Virus record (IMG/VR): IMGVR_UViG_3300026488_000001
Location: 24,756 to 88,755 of that record
Direction: 5' to 3' (one strand)
DNA from: a virus
DNA length: 64,000 bases
Positions 57,120 through 64,000 of the stretch are shown piece after piece. A program made the position numbers and the translations under genes. Each line of letters begins with the position of its first letter. The stretch's first letter is position 1. The notes beneath the pieces were generated by a model. It was not told where the DNA came from, did not search any database, and saw nothing but the letters and a program-made list of their open reading frames with translations.

Positions 57120-57800
57120 TTAACTTATATCCTTAATAATATCTCTTACTTTCCTAATTTTTCTTAAAACCATTTTCCTATACTTCTTTCCAAACCAATC
57201 TTTTCCGTAATATCTTTCAATTGCCTTTTCCCAACTCCCCTCTTTTTCATAGTAATATCTAAGTATATATGTACCTACTTCTATATTTATTTGAGGATAC
57301 CACAATACTTCTTCTGGAATGTTAAGTTTCTTAGTCCATACTTCAGGGTTAATTTGCATTATTCCAATACAACCTGCACTTGAAACAACATTTACTTTAA
57401 AATGACTCTCTTGCCAGGCTACTGCTAGTATTACTTCAACAGGAACTGAATACTTGTTAGATGATTGTATAATAGTTTTAGATATGACTTTAACTAAATG
57501 ATTGGGAAGATAAGGGTTAACTTCTTTTATAAAGAGACTCAATTTCTTAGTTTTATTCTCTTGTTTAATAAGATAATTTACTTGTTTCTTTACATCTTCT
57601 ATTGAACTTGAAATCTTGTCAATCTTATTAGATAATTCTTCAACCTTTTGTTCAATATTATTAGCTTTAATTTCATTAGTTGTTCTATAAACTTCAATCT
57701 TGTTAGTGATAATAAAAATATGGTGAAGGAGAACAAAAACAATAACAAAAATCATAACTAATCCAACTGTTTCAAAATCTACATTCCTACCCTCTCTCAT
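57120..57800 (-). CDS. membrane-anchored SLT lytic transglycosylase
   Basis: TM helix plus coiled coil; QESHF, GIMQIN, NIEVGT..L. Confidence 0.82.
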   Translation of the reverse strand: MREGRNVDFETVGLVMIFVIVFVLLHHIFIITNKIEVYRTTNEIKANNIEQKVEELSNKIDKISSSIEDVKKQVNYLIKQENKTKKLSLFIKEVNPYLPNHLVKVISKTIIQSSNKYSVPVEVILAVAWQESHFKVNVVSSAGCIGIMQINPEVWTKKLNIPEEVLWYPQINIEVGTYILRYYYEKEGSWEKAIERYYGKDWFGKKYRKMVLRKIRKVRDIIKDIS

Positions 57801-57808
57801 TCTCACCT

Positions 57809-58564
57809 CTAAGGAGTAAGACTTTTCATCTTTTCAATAATCATATCAATCCCTTCATCAAAATTCTCCTCTATTAGCCTCTTCCTTCCCCAAGGATTGG
57901 ATAAACTAATAACAATATTACCTACCTGATATTTATCATAACCAGCTTCAATAAACTCTTGCCTTTTTTGGTTGAAAATCTCCCTGAGTTCCATTAACTT
58001 ATTAGCTCTTTCTTGTCTTAGAGCTAATCCTTCTGAAAGATGAACATTTTCAGCTTTATCAATCTTCTTAATCAGATTGTAGAAAGTAGAAGCTGGGAAA
58101 CGACTGTCCATAGCATAACAAAGTCCAAAGGTTACTAGGCACATTTCTCCAATAGTATCTTCCACTATAAATTCAGTTTCATTAGGTATAGTTTTGATAA
58201 ACTCTTTATAGACCTTTAAAGCTTCTATTGACTTATCTTTAACATTAGGAGCTTTCTCAATGTTCATGTCAAGGATATACTTAGTATCTTCAAATGGAAT
58301 TACTAAAACAGGTATTTCTCCACTAACTCCCAACTTCTTTAGAGCCATTAGTCTATGCTGACCATTAACAATCCAGTACTTACCATTGCTTTCATATCCA
58401 ATAAGAGGGTCTAGAAAACCTAGCTTGGTCATTGATTTAACTAAGTTATCAACATGTTTTTCACTAATTTCCCTTTGTAAGGGAGAAGGTTCTACCAAGT
58501 TGATATCAACTAACTTAATAATTCTTTCCTTACCACTTACAGGTTCGGTATACTTCAGTTCCAT
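57809..58564 (-). CDS. ParB/Srx-like domain protein
   Basis: PSPLQRE, GFLDPL, IVNGQHRLMAL. Confidence 0.78.
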   Translation of the reverse strand: MELKYTEPVSGKERIIKLVDINLVEPSPLQREISEKHVDNLVKSMTKLGFLDPLIGYESNGKYWIVNGQHRLMALKKLGVSGEIPVLVIPFEDTKYILDMNIEKAPNVKDKSIEALKVYKEFIKTIPNETEFIVEDTIGEMCLVTFGLCYAMDSRFPASTFYNLIKKIDKAENVHLSEGLALRQERANKLMELREIFNQKRQEFIEAGYDKYQVGNIVISLSNPWGRKRLIEENFDEGIDMIIEKMKSLTP

Positions 58565-58587
58565 CCTAACCCTCCTTTTAGAGGATT

Positions 58588-58929
58588 TTAATTATATCTG
58601 TTTGCCATATTCTTTGCGAAGGTAAATGCCTTACTAATTCCTGTCTTTCCTCTAAAGAGAAAAACCTTTTTCATAGAAGGGTCATAATACAGAGCATAAT
58701 ATGGTGAAGCAACAACAAGAATAGGAAGAATTTCCCCACCCCAAATTGACCGTCTTCCATACTCATACACTTTTATGTGAGTATTAGGAGGTTGCAAAAT
58801 CGGATACTGTGTATCAGATTCATAATCATAAAAGAAGGATATCTTTTCTCTAGTTCTAGGAGTTACTACTTCTACTGGGTTCCAATCTTTCTTTTTAGAA
58901 AGGTACCAATTATTTACTCTTTCTTTCAT
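58588..58929 (-). CDS. hypothetical early protein
   Basis: SD GGAGGTG before ATG at 58929. Confidence 0.65.
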   Translation of the reverse strand: MKERVNNWYLSKKKDWNPVEVVTPRTREKISFFYDYESDTQYPILQPPNTHIKVYEYGRRSIWGGEILPILVVASPYYALYYDPSMKKVFLFRGKTGISKAFTFAKNMANRYN

Positions 58930-58957
58930 CTTCACACCTCCTAATCCGTTTTCTCTA

Positions 58958-58986
58958 AATATAGCCAGATTAGGAGGAAATGTCAA
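58958..58986 (-). promoter_or_regulatory. sigma70-type promoter
   Basis: TTGACA-17 nt-TATATT on the minus strand. Confidence 0.75.
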
Positions 58987-58995
58987 CCCTTTTTC

Positions 58996-59190
58996 TTAAA
59001 ATCTACCTTGTTTTTCCTCTATTTCGCTTGATCCAACTGAAGGGTATATTTCAGCTAGTTCAAGTGGAATAATTTCTCTGAAATACAAATTCAATATTTT
59101 CCCACTCTTCTTAAAGTTGAAAAAGAATTGGATAAAGACACCTGTTATGCCAAGTTCAGCTTTTCTGATTACTGTTACCTTTCCAGCCGT
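58996..59190 (-). CDS. 64-aa ORF with ACG in the start position (not in ORF track)
   Basis: AGGAGG, 6 nt, then ACG GCT GGA AAG..., open to TAA at 58996. Confidence 0.5.
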   Translation of the reverse strand, partial: TAGKVTVIRKAELGITGVFIQFFFNFKKSGKILNLYFREIIPLELAEIYPSVGSSEIEEKQGRF

Positions 59191-59237
59191 CCTACGCCTC
59201 CTAATTTATATAAGTTGTTTGGGGAATTTTACTTACT

Positions 59238-59495
59238 TTAAAGCACTCTAAGTTCCTTAACAAAGTTATTAAGAACTTCCCTTTCTTCCCAAGTTAGGGA
59301 AGTTAAACACTCTCCTTTCTTCCTAGTATAGAGAACCTCAGACCAATCTTTACCTACCATAGCTAACACTTCCCAACTAACTCTGTCAGAAGCCTTGACT
59401 TCAAACAAAACTTCAGAATATTCCTTACCTTCTTGGATTTCCTTAACGATAGCATTAAACTTTCTTAGTATCCCCTCCAACCTTGTCTTACCCAT
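59238..59495 (-). CDS. hypothetical protein
   Basis: SD AAGGAGG. Confidence 0.65.
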   Translation of the reverse strand: MGKTRLEGILRKFNAIVKEIQEGKEYSEVLFEVKASDRVSWEVLAMVGKDWSEVLYTRKKGECLTSLTWEEREVLNNFVKELRVL

Positions 59496-59559
59496 AGTAC
59501 CCTCCTTCTAACTATAAAAATAGTAACTTTATCAAATTAAAGTCAAAAGGATTAGAAAT

Positions 59560-60238
59560 TTAGGTTAGAATCTCCAAAATCCTTTTCTTAGCTATTTCAC
59601 AATATTTCTCATTAATTTCTATTCCTATCAATTTCTATTCCTATCCATCTCCTATTTAACTTTTCACAAGCTACTCCAACCGTCCCAGCTCCAAAATAAG
59701 GGTCTAATACAATATCCTGATTACTGAAAGTCAACTTAGAAATAAAGAACTCCGCCCATTGTTCGCTTTGTTGCCATTTATGGTATTCTTTTTTAATGCC
59801 ATCAGGTTTTGTAATTTTCAACATATCTTTTATAAAACCTCTACCATTAGGATAGGCTCTTTTTACATACCATAAAACAGGTTTCCACACAACTTCTATT
59901 CCCATAGCCATTCTTGAATGCTTACCATCCTCCTGATTCATACAAAAACACCACCTATATTTCAGCTTTCCATCAAAAATTTTTATAATATCAGGTAAGG
60001 CATAATGACCTACAATCATTAATAATGATGTTCCATCTTTCATTAATTTTGGACAATAATCAGCAAGGTAGTTATAAGTATATTGATACTTCCTAGGGTA
60101 AGGAGGGTCTGTTAATACTAAATCAATACTTTCATCAGGTAACTGTTGTAATATTTCGCTTGCATCTCCACAATAGAGAATCCCATTTTCAGTCTCAAAA
60201 TATCTATTCTCTTGAGGAAATATGTCTTTCCAACTCAT
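59560..60238 (-). pseudogene. N4-C/N6-A DNA methyltransferase with its C-terminus frameshifted by a 16-bp duplication
   Basis: DPPY and LDPYFGAGT; tandem copies 59614-59629/59630-59645 shift off NEKYCEIAKKRILEILT. Confidence 0.75.
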
Positions 60239-60250
60239 TACATAACCCCT

Positions 60251-61858
60251 TTAAGGTATATTTTGATACTGTGAAATTCCATCAACCTTTTCCACTTCTA
60301 TAACATTAGAAACCATTTCTTTTAACATTTCATTGTGAGTAATAATGAATACTGATTTCTCTCCTTCAAAACCTGTAAACAACTCTACTGCAAACTGAAG
60401 GTTCTCTAAATCCAATGCATCAAAAATTTCATCCACTACTAAAAGGTTGGTTCTAATTCCTCCTATCCTTTCCATTAATTGCTGTAAAGCTAAAAGAATA
60501 ACAATACTAACCTTTCTTCTTTCCCCTCCTGAGAGTTGTTTTAAATCTAATATCTGGTTATTTCTCTTAATCTCTAAATCCAATCCTCTACCTAACTTGA
60601 ATCTAATTTCAAACTCAATAGGAAAATCTGCTAGAATCGTGTTAAGAGCTTCTACATACCTATTAAGCAAATTAGTTCTGAACTGAGAAGAAGGCTTAAG
60701 TAAATCTATAACATAATTAAGAAATTCTATATCAGATTCCAATTCATTTTGCTTAGTTTGAAAACCTTCTAACTCAGCTTGAACTAACTCTAATTCTTTG
60801 GTTATCTCTTCTAGCTTACCTTTAACATCATTTTGAGATTTATCTATTGCCTCTTTAAGAGAGTTTATCCTTCTCATAAGGGTTTGGTATTGAGTAAGTA
60901 AATTTTGTCTTTTATAGGCGATTTCTCTTTGAGATTCTAACTGAGACTTGAGTTGTTTTAGCTTAATGATACTATCCTTAAGAACTTTTAATCTCTCCTC
61001 AACTTGTTTAATTAACATATCAGGATAAGGTTGACCACAGGTTGGACATATACCAGACTGTATGATGGAAAACTTTTCTTGGTATTCTTTTTGGAATAAG
61101 GTTAACTTCCTTTCTAGTTGGGAAAGCTGGTTTTGGATAGAGGTAAGCTCTATATCAGGTAGGTTATTGAGTTCTGATTCTATCTTAGACTTAGTAGATT
61201 CAGTTTCAGAAAGCTCTTGTTTAATAGAGTCTAAACCAGTTTGATTTTCTAATTCCTCTAACTTACCTTGCAGGTAGTTTTGCTTATTCTCAAGGTTAGA
61301 GATTTCCAATAGAATTTGGTTAAGTTGAGCTTGAACTTCTTTAAGTTTCTTTTGCAACTTTTCCTTCCACTTATCCCAGTAAGCTATACCTATTAGCTCT
61401 TCAAAAACCACTTTTCTGGTAGTAGGAGTAAGGGAAGTAAAGTCGTAAGGCAAACCTTGAGTAAGGATAACACAGGACTGGAAGAGTTCATAACTACCTA
61501 TAAGCTCTTCAATCTTCTTGTTAGCTTCCCTAATAGTATGTAATATCAAATCTTGACCGTCTATCTTTATTCTAACAGTAGAACCATATTCAGGATGATT
61601 CTTATATCTAGAAATAACAATTGGTTTGTCATTAATGAAAAGCTCTACACTACCACAACAGTAAGCTGAACCTTGCCTAATAAAGTTATTAGTTCTGGCT
61701 TTGCCATAGAGAATCCAAATTAATCCTTCAAACATAGAAGACTTACCTGAACCATTTTTACCTACTACACAGTAAACTTTGTTGGTATCAAGATTAACAG
61801 AGAGTTCCTTAATAGATTGGAAGTTTTCTATGTAGTAGCTTTGAAACTTAACTATCAT
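60251..61858 (-). CDS. SbcC/Rad50-like ATPase (T4 gp46-like)
   Basis: GKNGSGKS, Q-loop LTQG, Zn hook CPTCG, LSGGE, LLVVDE; SD AAGGAG before ATG at 61858. Confidence 0.92.
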   Translation of the reverse strand: MIVKFQSYYIENFQSIKELSVNLDTNKVYCVVGKNGSGKSSMFEGLIWILYGKARTNNFIRQGSAYCCGSVELFINDKPIVISRYKNHPEYGSTVRIKIDGQDLILHTIREANKKIEELIGSYELFQSCVILTQGLPYDFTSLTPTTRKVVFEELIGIAYWDKWKEKLQKKLKEVQAQLNQILLEISNLENKQNYLQGKLEELENQTGLDSIKQELSETESTKSKIESELNNLPDIELTSIQNQLSQLERKLTLFQKEYQEKFSIIQSGICPTCGQPYPDMLIKQVEERLKVLKDSIIKLKQLKSQLESQREIAYKRQNLLTQYQTLMRRINSLKEAIDKSQNDVKGKLEEITKELELVQAELEGFQTKQNELESDIEFLNYVIDLLKPSSQFRTNLLNRYVEALNTILADFPIEFEIRFKLGRGLDLEIKRNNQILDLKQLSGGERRKVSIVILLALQQLMERIGGIRTNLLVVDEIFDALDLENLQFAVELFTGFEGEKSVFIITHNEMLKEMVSNVIEVEKVDGISQYQNIP

Positions 61859-62003
61859 CTTTTTCTCCTTTAATTTCTTCAATTAGAAAGACTAAAGTTT
61901 TCAGTTCTTCAAATTTTTTCTCATTATTATAAAGCTTATAAAACTCTAATTTTCTAATATCATCCCAAAGTTGAATCATATCTATAATATCTTGAACATC
62001 CAT
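61848..62003 (-). CDS. 51-aa hypothetical protein (not in ORF track)
   Basis: SD GGAGGTG; MDVQDIIDMIQLWDD... Confidence 0.55.
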   Translation of the reverse strand: MDVQDIIDMIQLWDDIRKLEFYKLYNNEKKFEELKTLVFLIEEIKGEKDDS

Positions 62004-62118
62004 TTTCACCTTACACCTCCTTCACAGATTTGATTAGCTCTAAACATTTCTCTATCATTATATTTACTCAATCTTGCTGAGCGAACCATTTATAAATATT
62101 ATTATTTCCATAAAAATA

Positions 62119-62156
62119 TAACCCCCTGTTACCTTCTAGAAGGTAACAGGGGGTTA
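62119..62156. repeat. perfect 38-bp palindrome
   Basis: TAACCCCCTGTTACCTTCT|AGAAGGTAACAGGGGGTTA. Confidence 0.9.
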
Positions 62157-62217
62157 AGGAAGGTGATAGGGCTTGGATGGCGTTATTAAATATAGTTTCT
62201 CAATTTGTCTTTGTCAA

Positions 62218-62649
62218 CTATGTCCCAAAACATTCCTCTTGTAGACGTTCTGTTAAATTAATTATATCTTCGATGATATGCAGGCCTTCACGCAACGAAG
62301 ATTTTGTTGATAGTTCTTTCGCTTTCTTCACAATCAGTTCTTCAATTCTTTTCCTTTTCCATTCACAGTATCCGTTTTTATCATTAAACGCTTCCCAAAA
62401 CACCTCTTCGACCTTACGAGCAACTTCTGGATACTCTTTCTCATCAACATCTATTTTGACATCAACAACCACATTCTCAAAATATTTGTCATAGTAAAAC
62501 CCATCTATTTCAGGCACTTTTGTCGTTACTTGTTCGCAAACATAATTGTAAAATGAAAAAGGAAACTCACGATTCTCATAACTTGAATAAGCCAAGTCAA
62601 ACATAACGCTTATCAGGTCGTTTGACAAGAACCTCTCTACACTCATCAT
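62218..62649 (-). CDS. hypothetical acidic protein
   Basis: SD AGGAGGTG before ATG at 62649. Confidence 0.65.
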   Translation of the reverse strand: MMSVERFLSNDLISVMFDLAYSSYENREFPFSFYNYVCEQVTTKVPEIDGFYYDKYFENVVVDVKIDVDEKEYPEVARKVEEVFWEAFNDKNGYCEWKRKRIEELIVKKAKELSTKSSLREGLHIIEDIINLTERLQEECFGT

Positions 62650-62722
62650 TTCACCTCCTATCATAGATGATAATTAAAATTGTTTAATCTTTATACTGTT
62701 GTTTACCAATAGATGATTAGGA

Positions 62723-63070
62723 TTAAAGATAATCACAATATCTTACTTCAAAGAGTAAACGATAAAGCTCATAATCAAGATAGACTTCTTTTAAATTCAT
62801 AAAATCTATAAAATCAGCTTTCATTATATCTTCATCATCTGGTAATAATTTTCCAGTTAAATTAAACCCTTTATTAATCGCATATAAATAAATTATTGAA
62901 GCCTCCTCATCTATAAGCTCCTCTATTCCTTCTTCCCTACAAGTACTACAAATTTTCTCATTAATAATTGTACAATTTTGTGATCTAACTCACAATAACA
63001 ACCACAAGAAAAATAAACTTTTGTAGTTGGCAAAAGTTCAACAAGATTTTTTGTCTAAATGTAAAATCAT
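62723..63070 (-). pseudogene. probable frameshifted gene remnant
   Basis: Strong SD GAGGAGG and ATG but stop after 10 codons; a long open coding-like frame downstream has no start of its own. Confidence 0.35.
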
Positions 63071-63158
63071 CTATTCCTCCTCAACTTGGTTTGTTAGTTA
63101 TAACTATAAACCTATATTTGGAAATGTTATAGTATCTTCACAATTAATTCTTTTCCTT

Positions 63159-64000
63159 TTATCTAAGAAGTTCTTTCAATATCCTAACTTTATCAGGATA
63201 AAGTTCCTTAATTTCATTTTCCAATAACTCAATAGGAGATTGGAAGCTATCTAACTCATATTCAACTGGAATTTCTTTAATATCTTGTTTCACTAACTTA
63301 ACTTGAATGTCCACTCCATTAGGTAATTTGTCTGGAAGTTGAGAAGTTTCTAAAATGAATCCAGTATTATCCTTATCATACTTATCTATTTCCTCCAACC
63401 TACTAATCTTAACGATTTGCTTACCTACCGGATTTTGGATAAATCTAAACTTTCCATTTTCTTCTATATAAACACCATGCTTAGTCCCTTCTACCCAATT
63501 CAATTGAACTAAACTTCCTACATAGAGAAATTCAGGCGTTTCTTGAGGAATGTGAACATGACCGGAAATAGCCTTAACTCCTCTAGGTAGAGTTAACCCT
63601 TGTATTCTAATCTTACCTACATCAGCTCCATTAAAAGCTAAGTGAGTTATAACTTTCTTAGGTTCCCTTAATAGGATTTCCTCATAAGCTTTAGCTTCAT
63701 CTGTAAAGTAAGGTAAGTATAAAGTATTATCCTCATAAACAGGTTCATAGAAAACTCTATCAAAAAATCCTTCCAACACTCTAATAGAATAGATAGCGTT
63801 GTTATACTTACCATAGTAATCATGATTTCCTGGAATAAGCCAATGTTCAACTCCCAATCGTTTACAAGTTTCTTTTAGCTGAGAAAACGCTAAACCAGAA
63901 GCATCAAGTGTAGGGGATGATTGGATTACCAAATTGTTGAATATATCTCCTAAGCAAAGTAATAAATCAGGTTTTTCAACCTCTACAATCTCTGATAACC
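63159..64000 (-). CDS. SbcD/Mre11-like nuclease (T4 gp47-like), 5'-truncated by the window edge
   Basis: Frame open to 64000 (PDLLLCLGDIF); PGNHD, THL, SGHVH, YVGS. Confidence 0.88.
   Translation of the reverse strand, partial: LSEIVEVEKPDLLLCLGDIFNNLVIQSSPTLDASGLAFSQLKETCKRLGVEHWLIPGNHDYYGKYNNAIYSIRVLEGFFDRVFYEPVYEDNTLYLPYFTDEAKAYEEILLREPKKVITHLAFNGADVGKIRIQGLTLPRGVKAISGHVHIPQETPEFLYVGSLVQLNWVEGTKHGVYIEENGKFRFIQNPVGKQIVKISRLEEIDKYDKDNTGFILETSQLPDKLPNGVDIQVKLVKQDIKEIPVEYELDSFQSPIELLENEIKELYPDKVRILKELLR

Noticed and set aside
58386-63227. Plus-strand ORFs 58386..58625, 60447..60686, 61062..61244, 62177..62494 and 63027..63227
   Set aside because: Antisense to better-supported minus-strand genes; no motifs
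1-64000. Stop-codon reassignment
   Set aside because: The standard code gives dense, full-length genes ending in TAA, TAG and TGA

Overview
A 64-kb, strongly AT-rich segment of a lytic dsDNA myovirus with T4-superfamily-like head, contractile-tail and baseplate genes. The host is probably a diderm, since a spanin pair is present. The + strand (1-57058) carries small early genes, nucleotide metabolism (thyX, class Ia nrdA/nrdB, dNMP kinase), three DNA methyltransferases, a resolvase, packaging, head, tail, baseplate, fibre and lysis genes. It meets a - strand block (SLT, ParB-like, a fourth methyltransferase, SbcC/SbcD-like) at a bidirectional terminator near 57.1 kb. Main points: (1) at least nine otherwise unrelated head-region ORFs share an N-terminal leader, M-x-L-I-x-E-L-x-x-L-L-E, which looks like a portable capsid-targeting signal for injected cargo. 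(2) The large terminase is fractured inside Walker A by an atypically split intein (32-aa IntN, 134-aa IntC, Thr+1), with a free-standing Vsr/EDxHD-like endonuclease between the halves. (3) A GC-rich three-way-junction element with complementary loops lies between the terminase genes. (4) A 115-bp symmetric repeat brackets the head module, and nested A-B-B-A repeats surround the spike genes. (5) A +1 frameshift candidate (CCC TTT C) precedes the tape measure gene. (6) Two ORFs have ACG in the start position. All protein calls come from motif recognition by eye; no database searches were run.
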